From NCBI GenBank assembly GCA_024743195.1, contig JANSXE010000011.1:54335-118334 (forward strand): 64,000 bases of DNA, read 5' to 3'. Origin of the DNA: Alphaproteobacteria bacterium. GTDB taxonomy: Bacteria > Pseudomonadota > Alphaproteobacteria > UBA8366 > Aestuariispiraceae. How positions within the stretch are numbered: the first letter of the stretch is position 1; each line of letters opens with the position of its first letter. The notes under the pieces are model-generated. The model saw only the letters and a list, made by a program, of their open reading frames with translations, was not told the origin of the DNA and ran no database searches. Of the stretch, positions 12,533 to 21,085 are shown piece after piece. A program made the position numbers and the translations under genes.

Positions 12533-12592
12533 CCCCGGTCAGGCGCCCCCCGGTCAGGCGCCCCCTCCCGGGCAGCCCCCCGGTCAGCCCGT
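12533..12592. repeat. 15-bp-period tandem repeat (CCCCGGTCAGGCGCC x2, one degenerate unit, one partial unit)
   Basis: Identical 15-mers lie at 12533-12547 and 12548-12562. A degenerate unit follows at 12563-12577, and CCCCGGTCAG occurs again at 12578-12587. The last unit contains the TGA stop (12584-12586, minus strand) of the DMT gene. Confidence 0.8.
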
Positions 12593-13504
12593 CTCGGCGG
12601 CGCGCATCTCCGCGCGCACGGCGAGCGCGATGCCGGCGAGGATCAGGACGCCCCCCGCCGCGGCGCCGGGCGGAATCGCCTCGCTCAGATAGAGCCACCC
12701 GAACAGGCTGCCGAGCACCGGCTCGCCCAACAGGCAGATCGCCACGAAGACCGGCGGCAGGGTCGACAGCGTCCAATTATAGCTGGTGTGCCCGATCACC
12801 TGGCTGACGAGGCCGAGCGCCGTCAGCGCCAGCAGCGTCTCGCCCGTATAGCCGGTGAGCGGCAGGCCGAGCGCCAGCGCCGAACCGAGCAGCAGGACCG
12901 ACGCCGCCCCGTAGCACAGCCCGACATAGCTGGGCGTCGGCAGCACCGTCCGCGCGCCGCGTCCCGCGACGAGATAGAGCGCCATGAACAGCCCGCCCGC
13001 CGCCGCGAGCGCAAGGCCGACCGGATCGCCGTCGACCCGCTGCGCCCCGTCGAAGGCGAGCACGCCGGTGCCCGCGAGGCATAGGAGAATCGCGAGCCCG
13101 AGCGCGCGTCCCGGCGCGCCGCGGCCCGCCGCCAGGTCGATCAGCGCCACCCAGACCGGGGTCAGGCTGACCAGCACGGTCGATTCCGCGATGGTGATGC
13201 GCTGCAGCGAGGCGATCCAACTCGCGAAATGCAGCGCCAGGAACAGGCCCGCGACGAGCGAGAGGACGAGGCTGCGCCGCCGGGTCGGCGCGTCCAGACC
13301 GGCGAGCCGGCGCGCGGCCCACCAGCCGAAGGGCGCGAAAATCGCGGTCGCCAGCGCGACGCGGGCGAGCGCGATCACCAGCGCCGGCGCGTCGGCCAGC
13401 CGAATGAAGATCACCGCATGGCTGACGGCGGCCAGTCCGATGAAGGCGACGATCAGCGCCGCCCGCCGGGACAAGCCGCCCGGCTTCAGGTCGGATGCGC
13501 TCAC
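12584..13504 (-). CDS. EamA/DMT-family transporter
   Basis: 306 aa with about 10 hydrophobic helices and a two-fold EamA-like organisation. The GTG start overlaps the hbd stop (GTGA at 13501-13504). Confidence 0.75.
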   Translation of the reverse strand: MSASDLKPGGLSRRAALIVAFIGLAAVSHAVIFIRLADAPALVIALARVALATAIFAPFGWWAARRLAGLDAPTRRRSLVLSLVAGLFLALHFASWIASLQRITIAESTVLVSLTPVWVALIDLAAGRGAPGRALGLAILLCLAGTGVLAFDGAQRVDGDPVGLALAAAGGLFMALYLVAGRGARTVLPTPSYVGLCYGAASVLLLGSALALGLPLTGYTGETLLALTALGLVSQVIGHTSYNWTLSTLPPVFVAICLLGEPVLGSLFGWLYLSEAIPPGAAAGGVLILAGIALAVRAEMRAAETG

Positions 13505-14373
13505 CGCGTCGGCCGGGGCGTGTCCTGCGAATAGTCGTAGAAGCCGCGGCCCGTCTTAACGCCGAGCCACCCGGCCTCGACATATTTCACCAGCAGCGGG
13601 CAGGGCCGGTACTTGGTGTCCGCCAGATCGCCGTGCAGCACGCTCAGGATCGCAAGGCAGGTGTCGAGGCCGATGAAGTCCGCCAGCTCCAGCGGCCCCA
13701 GCGGATGCTTGGTGCCGAGCTTCATCGCCGTGTCGATGGCCGTGACCGTGCCGACCCCTTCATAGAGCGCGTAGATCGCCTCGTTGATCATCGGCAGGAG
13801 GATGCGGTTGACGATGAAGCCGGGGAAATCCTCCGAGACCGCGACGGTCTTGCCCAGCGCCTCGGCGTATTCCTGGAAGGCGGCGAAGGTCTCCTCCGCC
13901 GTCGCCAGCCCGCGGATCAGCTCGACCAGCTGCATCGCCGGCACCGGGTTCATGAAATGGCAGCCGCAGAACTGCGCCGGCCGGTCGGTCGAGGCGGCGA
14001 GCCGCGTGATCGAGATCGAGGAGGTGTTGGAGGCCAGCATCGCCTGCGCGCCCAGATGCGGCGTCAGCTTCTTGAAGATGTCGCGCTTGACCTCTTCGTT
14101 CTCGCTCGCCGCCTCGATGACCATGTCGCAGTCCTTGAAGACGGCATAGTCGGTCGAGGTCTCGATCCGCTTGTAGGCGGCGTCGGCGTCGGCCTGCGCG
14201 ATCACGCCGCGGGCCTCCTGCCGCTCCAGCCCTTGGCGGACCTTCTCCATCCCGGCGTCGATCGCCTCCTGGCTGACGTCGAGCAGCTTGACCTCGACCC
14301 CCTTCAGCGCCGAGACCAGCGCAATGCCATGCCCCATCTGCCCGGCGCCCACCACGCCCACGGTCTTGAACAT
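13501..14373 (-). CDS. hbd: 3-hydroxybutyryl-CoA / 3-hydroxyacyl-CoA dehydrogenase
   Basis: 290 aa from the ATG at 14373. It has the Rossmann motif VGVVGAGQMGHGIA, NTSSISIT, and C-terminal PLLVKYVEAGWLGVKTGRGFYDY, all typical of Hbd. Confidence 0.88.
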   Translation of the reverse strand: MFKTVGVVGAGQMGHGIALVSALKGVEVKLLDVSQEAIDAGMEKVRQGLERQEARGVIAQADADAAYKRIETSTDYAVFKDCDMVIEAASENEEVKRDIFKKLTPHLGAQAMLASNTSSISITRLAASTDRPAQFCGCHFMNPVPAMQLVELIRGLATAEETFAAFQEYAEALGKTVAVSEDFPGFIVNRILLPMINEAIYALYEGVGTVTAIDTAMKLGTKHPLGPLELADFIGLDTCLAILSVLHGDLADTKYRPCPLLVKYVEAGWLGVKTGRGFYDYSQDTPRPTR

Positions 14374-14452
14374 CGCAATCGCTCCAACCCGCTTTGAATT
14401 TTTGTTGCAGTGCAACTATGAAACGGGTTGCGACGCTTAGCAAGGAGAGCCG

Positions 14453-15862
14453 TCAGCGCTGCAGCCCCGCGAACAGGTCGAGCGCACCCCACTCTTCGAC
14501 CGGCGGCAGGACCGCCTCGCGCTCCAGCGCCCGCTCGATCAGCCGACCGGCGGCGCGGACATCCGCCGGCGCGCCGGCCGCGCACAGGCGCGCAAGCTCC
14601 GTGCGCGCCCACGTCCCCTTACCGACTTCGAGCGCGAGGCCCAGGCGATAGAGCGCGGCGGCGACGGTGGGCGGCTCGACCTCCCTGAAGGCGGCGAAGG
14701 CGGCCCCGGCCCAGGGCGTCCCCGCGGCCCGCGATGCGCCCCAGCTCAGCAGTTCCGCGCGGGCAAGCGGCCCGGGCGCCGCCGCGGCCGCCGCGATCAT
14801 CCGCTCGGCGGCCTGCGCGCCGAGCGCCGTCAGCGATGCGCTCTCCGTCGCCGCCTGGAGCAGATGGTCGTACAGCGCGACCTGCTCTGCGCCGGCAGCC
14901 AATCGCGCCGTCGCGCGCAGGATCCGGCGCCCTTCCGCCTGCGCCCGGGCCTCGGCGAGGGCCGGCCCCAAGGCGATGAGCGCGCCGGTTCGCGCGTGAA
15001 GCGCCGCGCGGTCCCGTCCCGGGGCCGCCGCCAGCGCGGCCGCCGCCAGCAGTCGCGCCTGCCGGATGCGGCCCTGCCGATGCGCGATGCGCGCAGCGAG
15101 CGCGCGATCCACCGCGGCCTGGGCGGTCAGGAACCGGGCGAAGAGAGCGGGCGTCGGGGCCGCGGCCAGCCGGACCAGATCGCTCGGCGGCGCCAGCGCG
15201 GCCCAGGCGCCGCGCGCGGCGCGTTCGGCGAATGGATGATCTTCGACGAGCAGGGCGCGCAGCGCGCGGTCGACGCCCTCCAGCCGCTCCGCTTCGGCGG
15301 ACCCGCCGTCCCGGAGCGCCGCGGACCAGGCCGCGTCGAGCGCGTCGCCATGGCGGGCCTGGAAGGATGTCGGCAGAAGGCTGAGCGCCGCCCCGATGCG
15401 CGCCACCCGCCGGGCGGGTGGAGCCGCCTGATCCGTCAGATGGGCGAGGAGCCCGGCTTCGATCCGCCGACGCAGCGCCGCGTTCGCGAGCCGCTCCGCG
15501 TCGGACGGCGGCCGGAGCAGGGTGACGGCCTCAATCCAGGACGCCGCCTCGAGCGCCCCGGCGATAGCGTCGCCCGCCGCCGGCCCGACCGGATGGCCGG
15601 CGCCGAGCGCCAGCGCGGCGAAATCCAACAGGACCTCCGGCTCGGGCGGCGCGCGGACCAGCGACGCCTCGAACGTCCGGAATGCCGCGGCGCCGTGGCG
15701 CGACAGGGCGGCCACAAGGTCGCCCGGTTGTTTCAGCGGCTCAACCGGCTGGAGCCCTGGCGGAAGCGCCTCACAGAGCGGCCCGGCATGGACCGGGGCG
15801 CCGACCGAGAGCATCGCGCCGATCAGCAGGAACGCCGCGGCGTCGCGGAATCGCCGGATCAT
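14453..15862 (-). CDS. Hypothetical secreted Ala/Leu/Arg-rich all-helical protein
   Basis: 469 aa with a clear signal peptide ([21 protein letters not shown]). There is a strong G/C bias at third codon positions in this frame. I recognise no motif. It lies between etfA and hbd on the same strand. Confidence 0.55.
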   Translation of the reverse strand: MIRRFRDAAAFLLIGAMLSVGAPVHAGPLCEALPPGLQPVEPLKQPGDLVAALSRHGAAAFRTFEASLVRAPPEPEVLLDFAALALGAGHPVGPAAGDAIAGALEAASWIEAVTLLRPPSDAERLANAALRRRIEAGLLAHLTDQAAPPARRVARIGAALSLLPTSFQARHGDALDAAWSAALRDGGSAEAERLEGVDRALRALLVEDHPFAERAARGAWAALAPPSDLVRLAAAPTPALFARFLTAQAAVDRALAARIAHRQGRIRQARLLAAAALAAAPGRDRAALHARTGALIALGPALAEARAQAEGRRILRATARLAAGAEQVALYDHLLQAATESASLTALGAQAAERMIAAAAAAPGPLARAELLSWGASRAAGTPWAGAAFAAFREVEPPTVAAALYRLGLALEVGKGTWARTELARLCAAGAPADVRAAGRLIERALEREAVLPPVEEWGALDLFAGLQR

Positions 15863-15948
15863 GCGCCAGTGTAAGCGCGCGTAAGCGAAAGGGGCGCCCC
15901 CTTTCCGGGGGCGCCCCTCGCAAGATATCCAGAGCTCTTTCGGCGGCG

Positions 15949-16884
15949 TCAGCCGACCTTGCCGTCGAGCTCCGGGACCGCCTGGAACAGGTCGGCGACG
16001 AGGCCGTAGTCTGCGACCTGGAAGATCGGGGCCTCGTCGTCCTTGTTGATGGCGACGATGACCTTCGAATCCTTCATGCCGGCCAGATGCTGGATCGCGC
16101 CCGAGATGCCGACGGCGATATAGAGGTCCGGCGCGATGACCTTGCCGGTCTGGCCGACCTGATAGTCGTTCGGCACGAAGCCGGCGTCGACCGCCGCCCG
16201 GCTGGCGCCGACCGCGGCGCCCAACTTGTCCGCCAGGCTCTCCAGCAGCGCGAAATTTTCGCCCGAGCCCATGCCGCGGCCGCCGGAGACGACGATCTTG
16301 GCGGTGGCGAGTTCGGGACGCTCGCTCTCGGTCATCTCTGCGCCGACGAAGCGGGCGAGGTCCTGCGCGCCCGCGCCGGCCGAGACCTGCTCGATCTCGG
16401 CGGCGCCGCCCTCGGCCGCGACCGCCTCGAAGGAGGTCATGCGAACCGTGATGACGTTGACCTTCTCCGCGCTCTCCACGACGGCGAGCGCATTGCCGGC
16501 GTAGATCGGGCGCTCGAAGCTGGTCGGGCTGACGACGGCGGAGATGTCGGAGATCTGCTGCACGTCCAGCAGCGCCGCGACGCGCGGCATCAGGTTCTTG
16601 CCGAAGGTGTCGGCGGGGGCCAGCACGTGGCTGTAGCTCCCGGCCAATTCGACGATGACAGGGGCGACGGCCTCGGCCAGCTGATGCTCATAGGCCGCGT
16701 CGTCGGCGACCAGCACCTTGGCGACGCCGTCGATCTTGGCGGCGGCTTCGGCCGCCGGGCCGCAGTCCTTGCCGATCACAGCCAGATGGACGTCGCCGCC
16801 GATCTCCTTCGCCGCGGCGACCGCGTTCAGCGTCGCCGTCCGGATCTCGCCGCCCTCGAATTCCGCAATGACCAGATTGCTCAT
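15949..16884 (-). CDS. etfA: Electron transfer flavoprotein alpha subunit
   Basis: 311 aa with C-terminal FAD-binding blocks [35 protein letters not shown] and [10 protein letters not shown]. Confidence 0.92.
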   Translation of the reverse strand: MSNLVIAEFEGGEIRTATLNAVAAAKEIGGDVHLAVIGKDCGPAAEAAAKIDGVAKVLVADDAAYEHQLAEAVAPVIVELAGSYSHVLAPADTFGKNLMPRVAALLDVQQISDISAVVSPTSFERPIYAGNALAVVESAEKVNVITVRMTSFEAVAAEGGAAEIEQVSAGAGAQDLARFVGAEMTESERPELATAKIVVSGGRGMGSGENFALLESLADKLGAAVGASRAAVDAGFVPNDYQVGQTGKVIAPDLYIAVGISGAIQHLAGMKDSKVIVAINKDDEAPIFQVADYGLVADLFQAVPELDGKVG

Positions 16885-16924
16885 GGGATGGATGCTCCTC
16901 GCGTGCGTGTCTTCGTGCGGGCGG

Positions 16925-17674
16925 TCAGATGACCTTCGCCTCGTTCTTCAGCTTCTCGATCAGCTCGTCGACCGAGCCGACCTTGGCGCCGCCCTGGCGC
17001 GGCGGCGGCTCGGAGACCTTGACGGTCTTGAGGCGCGGCGCGGGGTCGACCCCCAGATCGCCCGGCGCCATGGTCTCGATCGGCTTCTTCTTGGCCTTCA
17101 TGATATTGGGCAGGGAGGCGTAGCGCGGCTCGTTCAGGCGCAGATCGACGGTGACGATCGCCGGGGTCTTGAGCGCGACCGTCTCCAGCCCGCCGTCGAC
17201 CTCGCGGGTGACCTTCGCTTCGCCGTCGGCGATCTCCAGCTTGGAGGCGAAGGTGCCCTGGGCCCAGCCCAGCAGCGCGGCCAGCATCTGGCCCGTCTGG
17301 TTGCAGTCGTCGTCGATCGCCTGCTTGCCGAGGAGCACGATCTCAGGCCCCTCCTTCTCGACGAGCGCCTTCAGCATCTTGGCGACCGCCAGCGGCTCGA
17401 CCTCGCCGTCGGCCTGCACCAGCACGCCGCGGTCGGCGCCCATGGCGAGCGCGGTGCGGATCGTCTCCTGCGCCTGCTGCGGGCCGATGGACACGGCGAT
17501 CACCTCTTCCGCCTGGCCGGCCTCCTTCATGCGCACGGCCTGCTCGACCGCGATCTCGTCGAACGGGTTCATCGACATCTTGACGTTCGCCGTCTCGACG
17601 CCGCTGCCGTCCGCCTTCACGCGGATCTTGACGTTGTAGTCGACGACCCGCTTGACCGGCACCAGGACCTTCAT
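16925..17674 (-). CDS. etfB: Electron transfer flavoprotein beta subunit
   Basis: 249 aa. [19 protein letters not shown] and [17 protein letters not shown] are typical EtfB, and the gene is directly upstream of etfA. Confidence 0.92.
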   Translation of the reverse strand: MKVLVPVKRVVDYNVKIRVKADGSGVETANVKMSMNPFDEIAVEQAVRMKEAGQAEEVIAVSIGPQQAQETIRTALAMGADRGVLVQADGEVEPLAVAKMLKALVEKEGPEIVLLGKQAIDDDCNQTGQMLAALLGWAQGTFASKLEIADGEAKVTREVDGGLETVALKTPAIVTVDLRLNEPRYASLPNIMKAKKKPIETMAPGDLGVDPAPRLKTVKVSEPPPRQGGAKVGSVDELIEKLKNEAKVI

Positions 17675-17824
17675 CGCCGCAATTCCTCCGCTTTTTGATG
17701 CATCTCTCGCCGCCTCGCCGTCTCACAGCGCGGCGCGTTCGTTCCATCTGACTATGAAGCGCCGTTGTTTAGGACCCGGCTCTCGCCCGAGTCAAGGGAG
17801 CGCTCCCCATACCGCTGCGAACGC

Positions 17825-18118
17825 TTAAGCGTCCGGCAGCCCCAGCACGAACAGAAGCACGACCAATATCATCGCAAGCACGACGAGGCGTTTCTGCCAT
17901 TCGACGTACTTCATGCCCTCTTCCGTGAAGATCTCGTGCTTGCGGCGGAACAGGCTGTCCTTGTGACCGAAGATCGGCACGCCCGGCCGCCGGTGACGCA
18001 AGGCCATCACGTGCAGCCCCATGCCGGCGATGCAGAGCAGGAAGATCAGGCCCAGGAAGACGAACTGCGCCCCGGTCCGGAGCCCCAGTTCGAGGGCTTC
18101 GGGGTCCGCCCCCTCCAT
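17825..18118 (-). CDS. Small two-TM membrane protein (hypothetical)
   Basis: 97 aa with two hydrophobic helices (FVFLGLIFLLCIAGMGL and LVVLAMILVVLLFVLGL). It lies 10 nt downstream of the adenosyltransferase gene on the same strand. Confidence 0.5.
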   Translation of the reverse strand: MEGADPEALELGLRTGAQFVFLGLIFLLCIAGMGLHVMALRHRRPGVPIFGHKDSLFRRKHEIFTEEGMKYVEWQKRLVVLAMILVVLLFVLGLPDA

Positions 18119-18127
18119 CGCGCGCGC

Positions 18128-18697
18128 CTACCGGTTCTGACCCGGGACCCAGAGCACGTCGGCCCCGCCCCGGTCGTTGACGTGCCGGCCCAGGACGAAG
18201 AACAGGTCCGACAACCGGTTCAGATACTTGACCGCATCCGGATTGACCGGCTCGGCCTCGGCCAGGGCGACGACCAGCCGCTCGGCGCGCCGCGTCACGG
18301 TGCGCGCCAGGTGACAATAGGCCGCAGCCGGCGTCCCGCCCGGCAGGATGAAGCTCGTCAACGGCTCCAAATCCGCATTGTAGCGGTCGATCTCGCCCTC
18401 CAGGGCCTCGACCTGCGCGGCGACGATGCGCAGCGCGCCCTCGCCGCGCGCGCCGCCTTCCGGCGTGCAGAGATCGGCGCCCAGGTCGAACAGATCGTTC
18501 TGGACCCGCGCCATCAGGCGGTCGAGCTCCGCGTCCTCGCCCAGATGCAGGCGCACGAGGCCGATCGCGGCGTTGGCCTCGTCGACCGTGCCGTAAGCCT
18601 CGACGCGCAGATCGTGCTTGGCCCGGCGCGAGCCGTCGCCCAGCGACGTTTCGCCGCCGTCGCCGCCGCGGGTGTAGATCTTGGTGAGTGTGACCAT
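18128..18697 (-). CDS. PduO-type ATP:cob(I)alamin adenosyltransferase
   Basis: 189 aa from the ATG at 18697. KIYTRGGDGGETSL at the N-terminus, YGTVDEANA and LNRLSD are typical of the PduO/MMAB family. The listed ORF start (18793) is an over-extension. Confidence 0.88.
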   Translation of the reverse strand: MVTLTKIYTRGGDGGETSLGDGSRRAKHDLRVEAYGTVDEANAAIGLVRLHLGEDAELDRLMARVQNDLFDLGADLCTPEGGARGEGALRIVAAQVEALEGEIDRYNADLEPLTSFILPGGTPAAAYCHLARTVTRRAERLVVALAEAEPVNPDAVKYLNRLSDLFFVLGRHVNDRGGADVLWVPGQNR

Positions 18698-18900
18698 CAG
18701 CCGCCCTGTTTCAGGAGATAGACCGCGAGCACGAACATCATCAGCGCCACGAACTGCATGATCACGCGCGCGCGCATCAGCTTGTTCGCCCATTTCTGAT
18801 TGAACTCGCCCCCGCGCGCCATGGAAAACACGCCGGCGAAGACGATGCCGAGCGTGATCAGCATCGCCGCGACCATCAGGAAGATTGCGAAACCCGTCAT
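18697..18900 (-). CDS. Twin-transmembrane-helix small protein (HIG1 domain family)
   Basis: 67 aa from the ATG at 18900, with two TM helices joined by ARGGEFNQKWANKLMRARV, the characteristic HIG1-type loop. Its stop overlaps the adenosyltransferase start by 1 nt. Confidence 0.75.
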   Translation of the reverse strand: MTGFAIFLMVAAMLITLGIVFAGVFSMARGGEFNQKWANKLMRARVIMQFVALMMFVLAVYLLKQGG

Positions 18901-18939
18901 AACGCCCCGGGATATAGCCCGTACGTAGTGATCAGGAAA

Positions 18940-18948
18940 GACCGTTAC
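18940..18948. repeat. Left copy of 9-bp direct repeat GACCGTTAC near the low-GC islet
   Basis: Exact 9-mer, also present at 21048-21056. It lies 32 nt beyond the NTPase stop codon. Confidence 0.6.
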
Positions 18949-18979
18949 CATACACGCCCCCGCCAAGCGGAGCACTTAG

Positions 18980-21028
18980 TCAGGACAACGCCTTGGATAC
19001 AAAACCAATAGCTTCATCTCCGAAACGTCTCTTCATGCAGTCATTGTAACTAACGCCCGCCTTTTCCCCTAGTACTTCTGGATTAAGAGTATACATCTTT
19101 CCGCTTAGACTCAGAATTCCTTCCCGCTTTAGCAATTCCAGAACTGCAGCGCCTGTCCCTTTTGTCATCCGGGAATGCTCTATTTTCGGCTGATACCGTT
19201 TCAATGAGCCTTTGCTATGGGAACGAAAAGCGGTAACAAAACGGCGAAACCTCCTTAGAGCTTCGTTGACCCTTGGGTCATGAACCTCCGTAGGGGTAGT
19301 CGAGAATGATGTCCACGGATACGCCTCACTGCCGCGCCATGAAACAGAAAAATCGCAAGTGCCTCTGATTTTCGGAACTGTACTTATGTGCGCACCTGCG
19401 TAAATTTCAGCTTCAAGATGAACACTGCTTGCATTATTTTCCGGAAAGCTCTCAACAAGAACCTTTCTAGATGTTAATTTAATCTCTTTACACTGTATAT
19501 TAACAGGGGAGACGAAATGAGCTTCACTTCCTGGCCCCACTTCTACAGTAGAGTATGGAACCATGACATCAACGTCCTGTACAACACTGCCTAAACGCAA
19601 TACTCCTGTTTGATCCGAGGATAGAGTCAATGTCCGTGGCAGGTCTTGATCGCGCCTATCTAGGGTTATCTCAACTTCGGATCGAAGACTCTCAATTTCG
19701 TCACCGGCGTTATCTGACAATTCCCCACCATCAACGGTCAAGCTAGCAGAGTCTCCAAGTGAGAGTTTCGCGCGGATAGAAGCGTAGATTGCTCCAACAT
19801 GCTCTGCAGGTATGTGCATTTTGGAGCCAGGCTCATGAACAGGAAGGTAAAACTCGACCAAGAAAGGATTTGCTGAACCTTGCTCAGCCAAAACTCGATC
19901 AGTTGCCAACTCTGAAAAGCGCTTCGATTTCATCGATCTGGCGAATAGCGCAGCAGCAAAAACGGAAGTAGCGGGCTCCTTGCTCCCGTTGAGGAAAGGA
20001 TGCTCATCAACCCATTCTGCCAAGGCATTCGAGTATAACTCAGCGTCTCTCGGACTCATTGGTGGCAGATCGGGATCAGAAAGCCCGAAAATCTTCGAGC
20101 TAACGCGCTCAAGCTGCTCTCCGGGGTGATAAAGCTTATCCTTGAGACTCTCGTCTTCAAATCCAACTGTGCGAATCTTGTTCTTTTCACGATTCAAAAT
20201 ATCATCAACTATTGATTGTATGGTTATTGGTTGCATTCCACTATTGATGTCAGAAATTATCGACTGCGGATTACTCGTTCTCCTTACGTACTCCGCCACA
20301 GCATTTAGCACAGGCGCGTAACCTGCAAATCGATCACCATCATGCCTTGTTTCTGTTCTAAGTTTTCGAACGAGCAGGCCAACAGCCTGACGTTCGGTAT
20401 CGGCGTGGGTATCATCTTCGTTCAATGAGCGAAGTAGTGCATAGGCATAATCAATTGCTTTTGCCTCTGGATAAAAGCCAATCTCAAGAACACTTATTTG
20501 AAGCTTATCTTCAATCAAGAAAATGAATGCGTCTTGAACAGCGCCACTCCTCCCAAACAACACTATCGGGAGCTTTCTGGTGGATGCAATTTGTTTAATA
20601 TCCTCTAAGAATGCCTCAAAGGAATCCTGGGTGACTCGCAAGCGTGCTTCATCTAAACCATCTATCAAGACTGTTGTTTCTTGGGCCGCCCAGTCTTGAT
20701 AAAGCCCAGACTTTGCCAAGCCGCCGCTTACCGAGTTCGCACCAACTGCATCTGCTTCGGCAAGATCAACATAAATCGCGCCTGTCTGAACCGCGATCTG
20801 TCGAGCAAGCGTTGTCTTCCCAACCGCACCGGGTGCAGAAACAAGTATAATGTCTGCGTCTTCAGGATTCTCATTATCCTCGAACTGGTGGTTATTCTCA
20901 AGAGGCGCCTCCGTAAAGCTTGCAACATTTGACGTTAGTGAGGACCAACCTCGTAAATCAATGTTATCGTACCGTTTGATACCGTTGAACCGAGGCACCC
21001 AAAAGTCCGCTATAGTGTAACTTTCCAT
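18980..21028 (-). CDS. STAND/NACHT-like P-loop NTPase with possible C-terminal winged helix; function unknown (candidate defence protein)
   Basis: 682 aa. Walker A is APGAVGKT (nt 20813-20836) and Walker B is TTVLIDGLDE (nt 20648-20677; the hhhhDGxDE form is typical of NACHT). PIVLFGR sits in the sensor-1 position. The C-terminal GTGAAVLELLKREGILSLSGKMYTLNPEVL (nt 19070-19159) looks wHTH-like. A Shine-Dalgarno AAGGA lies 8 nt upstream of the ATG. Confidence 0.8.
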   Translation of the reverse strand: MESYTIADFWVPRFNGIKRYDNIDLRGWSSLTSNVASFTEAPLENNHQFEDNENPEDADIILVSAPGAVGKTTLARQIAVQTGAIYVDLAEADAVGANSVSGGLAKSGLYQDWAAQETTVLIDGLDEARLRVTQDSFEAFLEDIKQIASTRKLPIVLFGRSGAVQDAFIFLIEDKLQISVLEIGFYPEAKAIDYAYALLRSLNEDDTHADTERQAVGLLVRKLRTETRHDGDRFAGYAPVLNAVAEYVRRTSNPQSIISDINSGMQPITIQSIVDDILNREKNKIRTVGFEDESLKDKLYHPGEQLERVSSKIFGLSDPDLPPMSPRDAELYSNALAEWVDEHPFLNGSKEPATSVFAAALFARSMKSKRFSELATDRVLAEQGSANPFLVEFYLPVHEPGSKMHIPAEHVGAIYASIRAKLSLGDSASLTVDGGELSDNAGDEIESLRSEVEITLDRRDQDLPRTLTLSSDQTGVLRLGSVVQDVDVMVPYSTVEVGPGSEAHFVSPVNIQCKEIKLTSRKVLVESFPENNASSVHLEAEIYAGAHISTVPKIRGTCDFSVSWRGSEAYPWTSFSTTPTEVHDPRVNEALRRFRRFVTAFRSHSKGSLKRYQPKIEHSRMTKGTGAAVLELLKREGILSLSGKMYTLNPEVLGEKAGVSYNDCMKRRFGDEAIGFVSKALS

Positions 21029-21047
21029 GTACGATATCCTTTGTCGC

Positions 21048-21056
21048 GACCGTTAC
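21048..21056. repeat. Right copy of 9-bp direct repeat GACCGTTAC
   Basis: Exact match to 18940-18948. It lies in the 5' leader of the NTPase gene, 20 nt upstream of its ATG. Confidence 0.6.
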
Positions 21057-21057
21057 T

Positions 21058-21085
21058 TTTTTAGGGTGCTTCGAATGTAATGCAA
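21058..21085 (-). promoter_or_regulatory. Candidate sigma-70-type promoter of the islet NTPase gene
   Basis: On the minus strand: TTGCAT (21085-21080), a 16-nt spacer, then TAAAAA (21063-21058), about 30 nt upstream of the ATG in AT-rich DNA. This is a pattern match only. Confidence 0.3.

Noticed and set aside
19789-20932. Small ORFs inside the islet (19789..19971 +, 20644..20850 +, 20681..20932 +, 20728..20928 -) as possible partner, antitoxin or immunity genes
   Set aside because: All lie entirely within the 682-aa ORF in other frames or on the other strand. They have no Shine-Dalgarno sequence that I could see and give low-complexity translations. In AT-richer DNA such short ORFs are expected by chance.
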